Assembly: GCA_965113315.1 (NCBI GenBank)
Contig: OZ220378.1
Length of the DNA stretch: 64,000 nucleotides
Direction: 5' to 3' (one strand)
Origin: Podarcis vaucheri
Taxonomy: Eukaryota
Under the pieces are notes generated by a model. The model saw nothing but the letters and a program-made list of their open reading frames with translations, ran no database searches and was not told the origin of the DNA. This document shows, piece by piece, positions 1 to 13,200 of the stretch (the first letter of the stretch is position 1; each line of letters opens with the position of its first letter). The position numbers and the translations under genes are program-made.

Positions 1-195
1 TACAGGGAACCAGGCAGAGGGCCTTCTCAGTAGTGGCGTCCTCCCTGTAGAACACCCTCCCTTCAGATGTCAAGGAAATAAACAACTATCTGACTTTTAG
101 AAGACATCTGAAGGCAGCTGTGCTTAGGGAAGTTTATAAGGATTGATGTTTTTATTATATTTTAGATCTGTTGTAAGCTGTGTATAAATAATAAA
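1..195 (+). mobile_element. L2 LINE 3' fragment (related fragment ~10985-11110)
   Basis: agggccttctcagtagtggc...tttagaagacatctgaaggcagc, A-rich end. Confidence 0.65.
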
Positions 196-768
196 ATAGT
201 TGTTGTTGTTGTTGTTAACAACAACAACCACCAGAAGGGACGGACACTTGACATATTCCTCTTCATTTCTTCTAATGCCCCCTTGTTGCTCCTTCACAGC
301 ACTCCAAATCCCCCCTTAACCCCATCCACTTGCCTCCTCCCCAGTTCCTTCTCTTCAGCTTTCGTCCCCATCTACAGAGCCCTAAAACACACTCTCTCTC
401 TAACACACACACACACACCCTTCCTCCCTACCTTCCACATGCCCCCTCATTCTGCCAAATGCCACATGTTTCTTTAACCACTTCCACCTTCCCTTTCCCC
501 CATTCCTCCTTTCACTTCCCCAGTCACCAGCTGACTAAAACTGTCATGCACAGAGAAACCCTTCTCCCAAGTCATTTACTACAGGCATGAGGCTCCTCCT
601 CCTCTTCCTGCCCCTGCCTTTTGTGTTTTGTATTTTTATTTGTAAGCCACTTTGAGTTCTGGTCCAGGGAAAAGGCAGGATGTAAAAAAATATAATGCAC
701 ACAAACGAAAGAGAGAGAAATCAAGCAAAATTGTTGTGTTCCCCCTCCCTTTTTTGTTTTTGTTTCAG

Positions 769-936
769 ATATCCGGGAATTAATTGAAGTGGACGATGTC
801 ATGGAAGATGATTCTCTAAGGTTTGGCCCCAATGGTGGCTTAGTATTTTGTATGGAATACTTTGCAAGTAACTTTGACTGGCTGGAAGGATGTCTTGGCC
901 ACGTGGAAGACGATTATATACTCTTTGATTGCCCAG
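769..936 (+). CDS. GPN3: GPN3 exon (GPN loop)
   Basis: tttcag|AT ATC CGG...TGC CCA G|gtgag; FGPNGGL. Confidence 0.95.
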
Positions 937-3900
937 GTGAGCAAAGAATTTTAAAATAACAAAGGGAAACAAAAGCTTAGTACAGTTGTGGGGGGAGCCT
1001 TAGTACACACACTGTGGGGGAGGGACCACTGCTTTGCAGTAGTGCCCTTGGGACCCCCTCCAGGCCCTGCCTCCTTCCACTGGCGCAACCCCTCCCTCAG
1101 CTCTGTTCTGCACCCTCCTTAGGTGCTTTTACCTGGCTGGAATCGGGCCTTGAATTGTGATCATTCTTCTTGCTTGCCTGAATGGAAAAAGATCTGGTGT
1201 GTAGGGGCTTTAGGAACCCAATTTGGCTTTTTTGTGGCTAGAATGTCACCTGCTCTATAAGGGTAAAATTCATGCCTGTTGCTCTGAGTCTGGGCCCCAC
1301 TTGCTTTCGCCTTTGTCTTTAAACCACTGTCGTTTTTGTCTATTTCGGTTTTCAGTTCTTAATTATATATTGTTGTTTTTATTGGTCTCAAATAGATTGG
1401 CTGTTTAAAAAATGAAGAAGTTTAGCTACCTTGAACCTTTTATGGAAGGGCAGGGTGCAAGTCCATGAAACGAATACATTTCTTAAAAGTTGTGACCCCT
1501 TCCTCAGGTCAGATTGAGCTCTACACGCACCTGCCAGTGATGAGGCAACTTGTCGAACAGCTTCAGCAGTGGGAGTTCCGCGTCTGTGGCGTTTTTCTTG
1601 TTGATTCTCAGTTTATGGTGGAATCCTTCAAGGTAACTTATAATTCTGCCCACCCCCAACAAGTGACAAATCTAGACACACACCCCTTTTTTCTTTTTAG
1701 GGTCTTAACACAATTTGGCATCCAAATATGACTCTGAGGCAAATTAACCTGCTGTCTTAACCATCTGGCTGCTTGCTTTCTTGTATTGCTGTAGCAACTG
1801 GATTTCTGGACAGTGGAAGACATAAGACTTTGCACTGGTTCAAGTGGAGCCCTAATCTCCATCCCCCCCAGCCCCCCGCTGGGCCAGTGCTACAAAAAGT
1901 CTTGCTGCACCATTCAGACTCCAGTTGATGAGAACATAAATAAGAGCAATGCAACTGGTTTTGCCTCAAGGCCTGTCCTTTTTCCCACAGTGGCTCACCA
2001 GATGCCTATGGGAAGGAAACTTGCGAGCAGGACCTGGGCGCAGCAGCCCTCTTCTCCATATGTGATTCCCAGCAACTGGATCCTGAGAATCATCTAGTCC
2101 AACCCCCTGGAATATGCAGCTGCCCATACAGGGATTGAACCTGCAACCTTGGTGTTATCAGCACCACACTCTAACCCAGGGGTCAGCAACCTTTTTCAGC
2201 AGTGGGCCAGTCCACCATCCCTCAGACCATGTGGGGGGCCGGACTATACTTTGGAAAAAAATATGAACAAATTCCTATGCCCCACAAATAGCCCAGAGAT
2301 GCATTTTAAATAAAAGGACACCTTCTATTCATGTAAAAACATGCTGATTTCCAGACCGTCCGCGGGCCGGATTGAGGAGGTGATTGGGCCGCATCCAGCC
2401 CATGGGCCTTAAGTTGCCTACCCCTGTTCTAACCAGCTGAGCTGTCCCGCCTCTGATATTGGACGTAGTACATAGCCTTATCTTCCGTGAATTTGCCTAA
2501 CCCCATTTTAAAGCTGGTAGCCATCACTTCCACTTTTGGGGAGTGAATGCCATAGTGTAACTACGTGTGAACCATTGTCTTCTTTTGTGTCTCCTAAATA
2601 TTCCAGCATTGAGCGTCATTTGGTTCTGGTATTATGGGAAAGTGTGGAACTTTTCTCTATCAGCTTTCTCCACATCATGCATAAGTCAGGTGGGCAGGGT
2701 ACAAATAATAACATCATCATCATCATTATTATTCTCTTACTTGCCTGTTCTCTAAATTGCAAAGTCCCAATTTTTGTAAGCTTTCCTCACAGGGGAGCTG
2801 CTCCACTCCCTTGATCTTTCTGCTTGCCCTCTTCTTCACCCTTTCTAGCTCTACAATATCCCTGCCTTCATCTATCCCTTGCGACCTCCAGATGCCACCT
2901 ATTTCACCCTGCTGAATGGCTGGCCTGAGACATCCCTGCAGCAGCGGTTAAACAGGTGGCATTTTCGGAACAGGGCACCTTCACATCTCTTCTCAAATTC
3001 CGTTCATTTTTGTGTCTTTCTCTCTCGCTAGTTTATTTCCGGAGCCATGGCTGCCCTGAGTGCAATGATATCGTTAGAGATTCCCCAAGTCAATGTCATG
3101 ACAAAGATGGACTTGCTGAGCAAGAAAGCCAAAGCAGAAATTGAAAAGTAAGCGTGTGGAAATGCGGACTTTTTGCCTCAATGTTGTGGGGCTGGATCTC
3201 ATGTTTTATTATTTATGTAAATTACACACTGCCTCATATTTCAAAGAAAACCTCTCAGTGGTTTGTAACATCCTAAAAATGTCAGAAATAAAAGTCAAAT
3301 ACCAAAATACAGGGTAAAAATGAAATTTTACAGCAGCATAGATATCAGTTATATAAAATATCCTCTTAAATAGCAGTATAAAATGAAACAAATAAGATAT
3401 GGGGAACACAGTAACAACTAGCAGATCCAGAATACCACAGAGACAACCACCCACCAAATACAGAAGACTCTGTTTGTAGGTAGCAGCAGCAGCAGCAGCA
3501 CATTCAGTTCTGCCACAATCTCAAAGCCTCCCTCGTCATCCTCTGGACGAAATCCTGGCATGAGGCTCAGGCTGCCCTATTTACCACATGTTTGGCAGAA
3601 AAGCTAAGTGTTTAGGGTGACTCTTAACTGGAAAAAAAATTAATGGTTAAGCGATGCAATAATAAAAAGGCAAAAGGAATGAGATGAGAAGGAGAAAAAA
3701 AGTACTGTATTTTTCCATGTATAAGACTAGGTTTTTTTCCTTAAAAATAATGTCCAAAATTTGGGGGTGTCTTATAAAGAGGGGGCACCTCCCTCCATTT
3801 TCTTAAATTGGAGTCCCCAAAAATAGGGGTCGTCTTATACATGGGGGTGTCTTATAGACAGAAAAATATGGTAATTCCCATCCCTTTTTGTATATAGCAA

Positions 3901-6543
3901 AGTTTATATAATTGAGACCTATCTGGGAAGGAAGGTACTGAGTGGCAGTTTCCAGTCCCGAGCAAGTTCAATTCTCAGCATCTCCCAGTCAGGCTGGGAA
4001 TGGCCCCTGCCTGAAACCCTAGACAGACACTGCCAGTCAGTGTAGACAGTGCTAAGCTAAATGCACCAATGAGCCTGTCTTAGCATATGACAGCATATTC
4101 CTAACCTGACACTACCAACTCCCATCAGCTCCACCTTTCAGAACTGTCCAGGATAAAGTCAGCCACACTAGATGACTTCAGTTCAGCTTCCAATGAAAGG
4201 AGGAAAATGCAATAATGGAAAGGAGGGGTGAAGATATCCCCACCCCAAATAAAAATGATTTTTTAAGAAATAGTCTCGGAAGGGCAGAAAGGGCTAATTT
4301 CTTGCCCTTCAGATGTAGTTGGATTAACTCCAGCTAACATAGCCAGTGGTTGGGAATGATGGGAGTTGGAGTCCAGAGGGCAACAGGTTAGCCACCTGGA
4401 GATATAGAGCATCTTTGTACATGTGGTGGAGGTTGACATCTGGTGCCACTCACAAAACTTCCAGGGTTGGGTTCTTAGCCCTGTGACAGCTTGCAGTGGT
4501 TTGTGTACCTGATCCTGTGCACAGTTATTTGTGAGGGGAAACAGCCCTGGATTGCAGCTTAGGGCAGGGACGAACTTCTGTGATCTACTTACATGTTTGT
4601 GGTTGTTTGGTTCGTTTACTAGAACGCCAAGATCTGCTGAAGCAGAGCCATTTGTCAAAGATGTACAGTTAGAATCCAAGCAGATTGCTTGTGGTATCAG
4701 AACTGAGCTGAGCTCGCAGTTCCATCTCACACACATTCACACAAATCCACTCTTGACTAGCATTCTTCATTTCAGCTGCCTGATTTAGGTGGGGAAAGTT
4801 GTTCTGTTAGCTGCTGGGAGTTGTAAACACTTGCTGATAAACTGCAAATCACCCAGAGATCTACCAAAAGCTCCTCATCAACTTCTTCCCCTGTGTCAGG
4901 GAACACAAACAGAAATTTTGGGGTGGGGAGTAACTAGTATAAGGCGCAGCTAATGGACAGTTAGCATGAAGATCTTTTCAAACTGCTGTGTTTTTTAACT
5001 TTTCAACCAACACCTTCCAGGTATCTGGATCCTGACATGTATTCTACACTGGAAGATTCTACAGATTTGCTCAAAAGCAAACGGTTTAAGAAGCTAACTC
5101 AGGCGATCTGTGGGTTGGTAAGTTGTGTTTTAAGATCCAGCAGTGGAGATTAGTACAGTTATACCTTAAAATTGCCACCTGCAATAACCCAATGCAGTAG
5201 CTTCTAGTTGTTGTTTTTTCTAGTTCTTCCTTTGCAGCTCTGGCTTTAATTTAAGCTACAGCTACAATGGAAGATTCCTGTTACACAATTTTCCTGTTTC
5301 ATCCACACCAAGAAACTGTGGTTAGCTCCCAGCTTCAGAACAAGCCAGGATCATAAACTGTGGTTTGAAGTTGGTTTGAGATCTGATATTTGTGCATAGC
5401 CAGTAACCACAGTGTCCTGGTTTTGATGAAACAGGAAACCGTGGCTAATTGGAGACTTCTGCACCAGATCCAGGTGTGGTGCAAAGGGAGGAGAGAAGAA
5501 GGTGGACATGCAGACACAAGGGTCATTCATAACCTGGCTTGATTCACAGTACAGTTGTCGGTCCATTGCCTATTAAAGCAGACTGTATCAGCATTAGCTG
5601 CCTCTCCCACTTGTAAAGTACTCTGGGGGCTAAGTGTTTTGCTTGTTAACTGTTGCTGCTTGAATTCGTTGCCACTCACTCTCTCCATATCTGTTTATTG
5701 CCTCTTTTTTAGATTGACGACTACAGCATGGTCCGTTTTTTGCCATTTGATCGCTCCGATGAGGAAAGCATTAATATTGTACTGCAGCACATAGACTTCT
5801 CCATTCAATATGGGGAGGATCTGGAGTTCAAAGAGCCAAAGGTAAAAAGTTCCAAAGTCCTCCTGCAACATTAGCTAGGCTTCAGCCAGCCTTGAACATT
5901 AAGGCCACAAATCTGCCCTTAACCATTGTGGCTAGCAGCCATTGATATGATCTCCCTCCAGTACTGGCCACGCCCAGGAGGGGTGACCTTTGTGTCAAGG
6001 TAGACCTCAGTCTGAGAAGGGTTAGCTGCTGTTCGGTTGCAGGGGTGTTAACCAGAATAACCCTGAATTTGCCCCCTAAAAAGCATAGTCTCATGCATGA
6101 AGTGCCATATTGTTCACTGGAGTTTATTCCCAGGTATGCATGTATAGGGTTGCCATGAAAGAAAGCTGGCCCAAATTGTGGGTGTTGCATCTTATTTTGG
6201 GGTCCATTCAGTATGTTCTCCATCTTCTTTAAATCTTGTCAAAGGGTAAGAGAGACAAAAGAAAAGACAACCTATCACAATTTTCAGGTAGAAATATTTA
6301 CTCTGGTGTCCTCACTGTGGATTATGGACCATAAAAAATTGTGTGTGTGTGTGTCGGGGTTGTTATTTTCATGAGGAAAGATTACAACAGGGTTTCTTCC
6401 TTTTTTTGACAGTGTGTGTATCTTTTGCTGTCTTGAACTACTCAAAATGTTAAAGGTTTGTGTGTGTTTTTCCCCAACAGGAAAATGAGGAAGATAAATC
6501 ATCTGCTTTTGATGAATACTTCCAAGATCAAGTAGACGAATAA
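769..6543 (+). CDS. GPN3: GPN-loop GTPase 3, partial (5' exons outside window); join 769-936,1508-1632,3032-3147,5021-5117,5713-5841,6481-6543
   Basis: Spliced translation [31 protein letters not shown]...[20 protein letters not shown]...EYFQDQVDE*; GPN motif; all introns GT-AG with matching phases. Confidence 0.96.
1508..1632 (+). CDS. GPN3: GPN3 exon
   Basis: cag|GT CAG ATT GAG...TTC AAG|gtaac; [41 protein letters not shown]. Confidence 0.95.
2177..2426. mobile_element. hAT-type MITE nested in a SINE
   Basis: TIR CAGGGGT...ACCCCTG; 8-bp TSD (c/t)tctaacc. Confidence 0.8.
3032..3147 (+). CDS. GPN3: GPN3 exon
   Basis: tag|TTT ATT TCC...GAA AA|gtaag; [29 protein letters not shown]. Confidence 0.95.
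3705..3871. mobile_element. Tc1/mariner-type MITE
   Basis: TA-flanked TIR ctgtatttttc...gaaaaatatgg. Confidence 0.65.
5021..5117 (+). CDS. GPN3: GPN3 exon
   Basis: cag|G TAT CTG GAT CCT...GGG TTG|gtaag. Confidence 0.93.
5713..5841 (+). CDS. GPN3: GPN3 exon
   Basis: tag|ATT GAC GAC TAC...CCA AAG|gtaaa; [43 protein letters not shown]. Confidence 0.95.
6481..6543 (+). CDS. GPN3: GPN3 last coding exon
   Basis: aacag|GAA AAT GAG...GAC GAA TAA; AATAAA at 6784 and 6911. Confidence 0.9.
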   Translation, partial: ENEEDKSSAFDEYFQDQVDE

Positions 6544-7621
6544 AGATTTAAGGGTTTATTTTGTAAAAAGAAAAAGGACTCTTCAGATTTTCTATGCATT
6601 GTGTTTTGAAAACCACAAACTGCTTGATAAATTTCGGGCAGCGATTGAAGTAGGGGCATTTCTCCCCACCGCAAAGCATTTTAATATGTGTATGTGTGTG
6701 TAATACATTAAGTGTATATAATGCCGCTTCACACAGTTGTATTATTCGTAGAAGTGACTAGGCAAAGAAGGGGCATCATGAGAAATAAATTATTGACTCT
6801 CTGCATTTCTTGGTTGCTTACTGAGCTACAAAAAAGATGGAGCATTTTCATTTTAGCCTTGTAACCATTGATGGTGGTATTTACTTAAGCAACCGGAGCA
6901 AGTATGTACAAATAAATTGGGAGTGTGTTTAATCTGAACTGAACTACAGTGCTGTGGTCCTGCTGCTCAGTGCTGCCTTTCTGTGCTTTGTGAAGGACAG
7001 CAGCTTTTAACAAAAGAATTCTCATGTGTATTCAGGTCATTCCCTCCATGGCCCATGCTGAAAATTAAGACAGAACTTTCCGTCTCCTTAGTCTCCAGTA
7101 AAACAGGGGTGGAGGAAACTTGTTGCCCAACAAATTATGTTGGACTCCAACTCCCATCATCTCTGCCCATTGGTCATCCTGGCCGGGGCTCATGGGGGTT
7201 GGAATCCAGCAACATCTGGAGGACCACAGATTTTCCATGCCTGCACTAAAAATTATTTCCCACAATCCAGCAGAAGCAGTCCTTGCATTAACTATCTTTT
7301 TGCTTCTTCTGCATGCCTGGACAGCAGGAATAAGTTGTTGCATCCTAGGCTATCTGGTGCACGCCTAGCTAGGCGTAAGTTCCATTGAACTCCATGGGGC
7401 TTTCTTTTGAGTAGACCCAGAAGGCTGCATTGTTAAGTCAATAAAGAGGTCAGTGTAAAGTAGCATCTTAGGCTGGACTCTGGAACAGGAAGGGCTGCGC
7501 TAAGATACGTCAGAAATGCTGTAATGGCCTTCAGTAAGCCCCACTTTGCCAACCTCAAGGCACCTCCTTCCCCACTTATAGATAGGCGGGGAATAATAAC
7601 AGTGCCCTAACTTACAGGGCA

Positions 7622-7966
7622 GGATGCGGGTGGCGCTGTGGGTTAAACCACAGAGCCTAGGACTTGCCAATCAGAAGGTCGGCGGTTCAAATCCCCATGA
7701 CGGGGTGAGCTCCCGTCGCTCTGTCCCTGCTCCTGCCAACCTAGCGGTTTGAAAGCACCTCAAAGTGCAAGTAGATAAATAGGTACCGCTCCGGCGGGAA
7801 GGTAAACAGCGTTTCCGTGTGCTGCTCTGGTTTGCCAGAAGCAGCTTAGTCATGCTGGCCACATGACCCATGACCCACATGCTCCTTCAGCCAATAAAGC
7901 GAGATGAGCGCCACAACCCCAGAGTCGTCTGCGACTGGACCTAATGGTCAGGGGTCCCTCTACCTT
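7622..7966 (+). mobile_element. Sauria-type SINE
   Basis: gcgggtggcgctgtgggttaaacc...ggtcaggggtccctctaccttt; tRNA-like head; shared with 3 other copies. Confidence 0.85.
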
Positions 7967-8875
7967 TAAGCCCCACTTTGCCAACCTCAAGGCACCTCCT
8001 TCCTCACTTATAGATGGGCGGGGAATAATAACAGTGCCCTACCTTACAGTGCAGGCACACCAACTCCTAGGGGCCAATACAGTTTCAGCCCCCCCCCTGT
8101 ATTTTTTGAGGCATTTAGCTCTGCCACCTGGCTCCTTGTGGTGTACGATGTCAAGGTGGCTATGCCATGACGTCATGATGTTGCACGGTGTCAATCTGCT
8201 TCAGAGGATGACACCTCTGTTACAGGGTCACTGTGTGGATATATGGAGAGACCTTCCCCAGTTCAGGCGATGGTGGGACTCAAAAGAGGGCCTCTCTTTT
8301 AGATCTTAATGAGACAGGCTCATGTGAGAGGAGCTGGTCCTTTGGTGGGGGAGCCTGTGACCCTCCCTATCCTGCTGAACTACTGTTGGCCATGCTGGCC
8401 GGGGCTGACCCAAGCCCAACAACATCTGGAAGGCCACAGCCTCCTTGACCTTGCTTTAGATATCATGGGTCTAAGCAAGCAACCCCTTGCATGCAAGCTT
8501 CACTCAACTTGGTGGGACTTCCTTCTGAGTAGACCTGCACTGCCGGACCCCCATTCACACATCCTCTTGCTCTCCACCACCAGCCCACGTTCTCTGCTAG
8601 ATTCCTTGCTCCTTTCCTCCTGGTGGACAAGGTCTGTGCATGTTTAATTCAGATAAATATGAACAGAGCCAGCCCTACCATTAGACAAAGTGACCTGGCA
8701 GGTGTTGGGAGTCACCCCAAACTTGTACAGCCTCAGGTGTGATGAAGGATGCTGTCCTTTCAAAATCAGTGAAATAAGATCCAGCCACCAGTCTAGTTGG
8801 CTTCTGTACAAGGACTGGGGAGGACCCGCCCTGACTATGAGAAGTGTTTTGGTGACAAGTATTGTGTGTAGACAG

Positions 8876-9230
8876 AACGCGGGTGGCGCTGTGGGTTAAA
8901 CCACAGAGCCTAGGACTTGCCGATCAGAAGGTCGGCGGTTTGAATCCCCGCGATGGGGTGAGCTCCTGTTGCTCAGTCCCTGCTCCTGCCAACCTAGCTG
9001 TTTAAAAGCACATCAAAGTGCAAGTAGATAAATAGGTACCACTCCGGCAGGATGGTAAACGGCGTTTCCGTGAGCTGCTCTGGTTTCGCCAGCAGTGGCT
9101 TAGTCAGGCTGGCCACATGACCTGGAAGCTGTACGCCGGCTCCCTCGGCCAATAAAGTGAGATGAGCGCTGCAACCCCAGAGTCGGTCACAACTGGACCT
9201 AATGGTCAGGGGTCCCTTTACCTTTACCTT
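8876..9230 (+). mobile_element. Sauria-type SINE
   Basis: Full copy, (ACCTTT)n tail, ~13-bp TSD tat(t/g)gtgtgtaga. Confidence 0.85.
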
Positions 9231-9624
9231 TATGGTGTGTAGAGCAGGAGTATCTGGTTTTGGATAGTGGCCTACCTTGCAGGCTTCTTGTGAGGAGAAA
9301 ATTGAGCAATATCACATACACTCCCCAAAGCTACTTAGAAAAAGGGTATGATGCCAATGTGAGAGATCGGGCGGTCGATCATGGGCCGTCCCTGGTTGAT
9401 CCTGGTTGGTTACATGATCGCCAGCAATCGCCTCACCACCACCCCGAAAAAAACTGGCTCACCCCTCTCAAATACAGCTCGACAACTCTGGTCAATCCAG
9501 TGGGTAGATCGCTGCCCGTTTATTTATAGTGGGAGTAGATCGCAGTCTCTTGGAAGCTGGACACCCCTGGGATAGATAAAGGGGGGGGCTAAGGCCTGAT
9601 TCCTCATGCACTGGCTCTTTGATG

Positions 9625-9714
9625 CATAGCTGTCAACTTCTCCCTTTTATTGCGAGGAATCCTATTTGGAATAAGGGAATTTCCCTTAAAAAATGGGAAA
9701 TGTTGACAGCTATG
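9625..9714. mobile_element. 90-bp hAT-type MITE
   Basis: TIR CATAGCTGTCAAC/GTTGACAGCTATG; TSD (c/t)tttgatg. Confidence 0.8.
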
Positions 9715-10079
9715 TTTTGATGGTCCAACTCTCTCTGCCGCCTCAGAACTGTACATATTAAATCCTGTTTGCATTGCTGCAATGTACAGTTTTCTGTGTT
9801 GTTAAAGAAGAAGAAAGAAACAGCAAATATTAATGTAAGCTTCTGTGGGAAAAACAAATGTGGAGCCTGACCTGCATGCACATTTACTCAGAAGTAGGCA
9901 CTCCAGAAGACTTACACATGACTTAGTCATGAAGCTTCAGTCCTAAACTGGGTTTCTCAGAAGCAAGCTTAATTTAGTTCAATGAGATTTAAAAGAGGTG
10001 GTCGCCTTTTTAATTCCTGTATTATTGTCAATCATTAACAACCGCACATACCTGGCAGTAAGCTGCGTGGAATTCAATA

Positions 10080-10280
10080 GGACTTGGCTTCTGCTGCCCC
10101 CTGCTGGCTCTCCGGGTCCATGGCCGCCGCCTTTGCCTCGCCTGCCTCTCACTTCCTGCCTGGGTGGAGCAGGAAGCGCTTTGCCTTTTGCAAGATTTCG
10201 CTGCCTCGCTCGCTGGAAGGGCGCCTCTCACCTCTCCCTCCTGGGTCACTTTGCGTTGCTGCGCCCCAAATATGCCGGTA
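10080..10280 (+). promoter_or_regulatory. ARPC3 promoter/5'UTR, CpG-enriched
   Basis: Local GC/CpG enrichment with ETS-like ACTTCC/GGAAG motifs just upstream of ATGCCG|gtaag. Confidence 0.65.
10272..10277 (+). CDS. ARPC3: ARPC3 exon 1 coding part (MP)
   Basis: ATG CCG|gtaag in CpG-rich region; phase 0 fits exon 2. Confidence 0.85.
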
Positions 10281-13200
10281 AGGGGAAAGATCCGCGTACC
10301 TTTTAGAACTGCAGCTGGTGCACTTGCCTAAAACAGCATTTATTTATTCTTTTAAATGTTAGTTCATAGGGATTTTTAAAAACAGGAACTGGGGGCGTAA
10401 GATGCTGGGCCCGGGGAGAGATGGAAGGCGGTCTGTTAATTGAGCCCCTTGGATTTCTTCCTGTGATCCAGAACGTGCGCAAGGAAGCTGGGGTGTATTT
10501 TTAAAACCCTCCCCTCCCCACTCTGGGTATAGATCCATTTGGGTTTCTAATTTCTGGGTCTCTGCGCCCGGATTAGCCTTGTGTTGTGAATTGCTGGCGA
10601 TGTCAGGGGAAAGAAGAACTTCCTTATATGGCCAGCGGGTTTTTCTTTTCTATAACAAAAGCACCCTCTCTGCGGTGGAGGATTCGCACTGCAACATCCT
10701 TGTTGAAAAATAAGGGATGTGTTTTTAATGTGCATCAAATAATCACACTCGGCAGCAGTAAATTCGCAGGGCAAAGGAAACGTCAGTTGCTCTTTCTTTT
10801 TTTAAAAGTTGCTATTTGAAAAACATTGACCCAAATACAACTTTTGATACCTGCAGTCCTGTGTCTGGACCTGTGGGCTGGAGGTTACTCAAAGGACGCT
10901 AGGCTGATACCTTGATTCATCCCTGGTTTGCTGGGTCCCCTGTGAATCAGTACCGTTTATCACATTTCTTGGAGTTTAAAAGACTGGCATTTAGAAGACA
11001 TCTGTAGGCAGCCCTGTATCAGGAATTTTTTTAGTGTTTGATGTTTTATTATGTTTTTATCTATTTTGTAAACTGCCCAGAGTGGCTTATTATTATTATT
11101 ATTATTATTTTAACTGTACTCATTTGCCCCAAATGACCTACATCGACCAGAGCACCAGGTACAGTGATACCTTGGATTAAGAACTTAATTCGTTCTGGAG
11201 GTCCGTTCTTAACCTGAAACTGTTCTTAACCTGAGGTACCACTTTAGCTAATGGGGCCTCCCGCTGCCACCGCACCGCTGGTGCGCAATTTCTGTTCTCA
11301 TCCTGAAGCAAAGTTCTTAACCCAGGGTACTATTTCTAGGTTAGTGGAGTTTGTAACCTGAAGCGTATGTAACCTGAGGTACCACTGTACTTTAATGAGC
11401 ACCTTATGTTTCACTCTAGACCAGGTGTGGGGAACCTTTGGGTCCTCCAGATGTTGCTGAGCTTCAACTCCCATCAGACCCAGAAAGCAAGGCATATTGC
11501 CCGGGATGATGGGAGTTGTAGCTCAGCAACATCTGGAGGACCCAAAAGTCTCCCCCCCCCATGCTTTAGACACATTGACTTCTGTATTATGTGGGTTGGT
11601 CCTGCCTAGCAGCAGAGGTTGGATTTGTTGACCTTCTCACCCAGGGGTGGGAAACCTGACTCTGGGTCTCCAGATGTCGTAAGACTCCAACTCCCATCAT
11701 CCCCAATTATTGGTTTTGTAGACTGACATTAAACCTCTGCTGCCTTGAGGGATCTCTTTGGGGGAAGCAAAGGCTAAGGAGTAAGTAAACCTTACACGAA
11801 TCCAGAGTGGAGTCCCAAAGGTGGTTGGATGGCGTCTTCTACGCCTCCTTCCAGCAACTCCTGCGGCCAAGCTGATGCCAAACGTCTTGCTCTGCTTTCC
11901 TTTGGACCACATCAGTGAGGCTGAGAGGGGGGGGGTCTTGTTGTCTGGGCAGCCCAATACCTCCATGCACACTGCCCAGGGAGGTCACATTGGTGCTGCT
12001 ATTGCAGCAATTTGTCTTAACCCCCAGAGGTGCACTCCATTGTCTCAAGATGCCAGCAACAAGGCTGAGATTAATCAGAGTTGGAGCCCAAGGATATCTG
12101 GAGAGCCACGACTTACCTATTCCACTGAGCAGCTGAGCAATTTGAGGGAGTGAAGCCCATCCCAGAACAGGGGTAGCCCTTGAAATATTTTGGACTACCA
12201 GCCCAATTAGCATCAACTGGTTTAGCCAATGTCAGTGAATAATGGGAGTTGTAGGCTACAGCATTGAGGGTCCCACACTGACTACCCACTGACCTGGAGC
12301 AAGAATAATATAATAATTCCAATTGTAGAGTTGGAAGGTACCCCAAGGGTCCAGACCAACCCCCTGCAATCCAGGAATTTTGGCACGTGGTTCCCTATCC
12401 AATTTGAAACCATAGCGGACCCTGCTTAGCTTTGCAAACATGATAGCAGTTTTATTGCTGCACCACAAGGAGGAGAATGCTTAGGTGGTTGTTACTTTAA
12501 AAGTTGCTTTATACAGTGGTGCCTCGCAAGACGAAATTAATTCGTTCCGCGAGTTTTTTCATCTAGCGAATTTTTCGTCTTGCGAAGCACGAAATCCCAT
12601 AGGAATGCATTGAAATTCAATTAATGCGTTCCTATGGTCAAAAAAAGTCCAAACAAAGCCAAATCTGGTACAACAAGAGTTTATTAAGTGCTCTTTAAAG
12701 TCACACATGCTGTAAAGAGCATTTCAAAAATTGAAGGAACAATAAATTAAGTTTCTAAACATGACAGAAAAACATTTTTTAAAAGAAACACAACATGGCC
12801 CAATGGTCACAGAAAATCATAAAAATTCAAAAAAAACCCCACACAAGCTCCCAGATTCTTGCAAACCCCTCCTCAACTGTTCCCCCAGCCATCCACCACA
12901 CAGAAATTCAAACCCAGATTTTTTTAAAAAAACAACAGCAGAGTGGCCCAATGGTCACAAAAAATCATAAAAATGCAGGAAAAAAACCACACAAGCTTCC
13001 AGATTCTTGCAAACCCCTCCCCAACACCAAGTCCTTGAATTCCAAACACCCCAACCCAAAATCCAAAAAAACCCCCAAAAAGTTTTAAAAGTTTAACTTA
13101 CCAAATGGCTGCAAAAGAAGTTTTGGAAAAGCTTCAAAAATCAGCAAAGTCTTCAAAAACCTCAAAAAAGGCTACCACACCACGTGCTATGAGTTGCTCC

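Noticed and set aside
4263-4736. 157-aa minus-strand ORF in GPN3 intron
   Set aside because: Runs through a MITE; no protein-like features.
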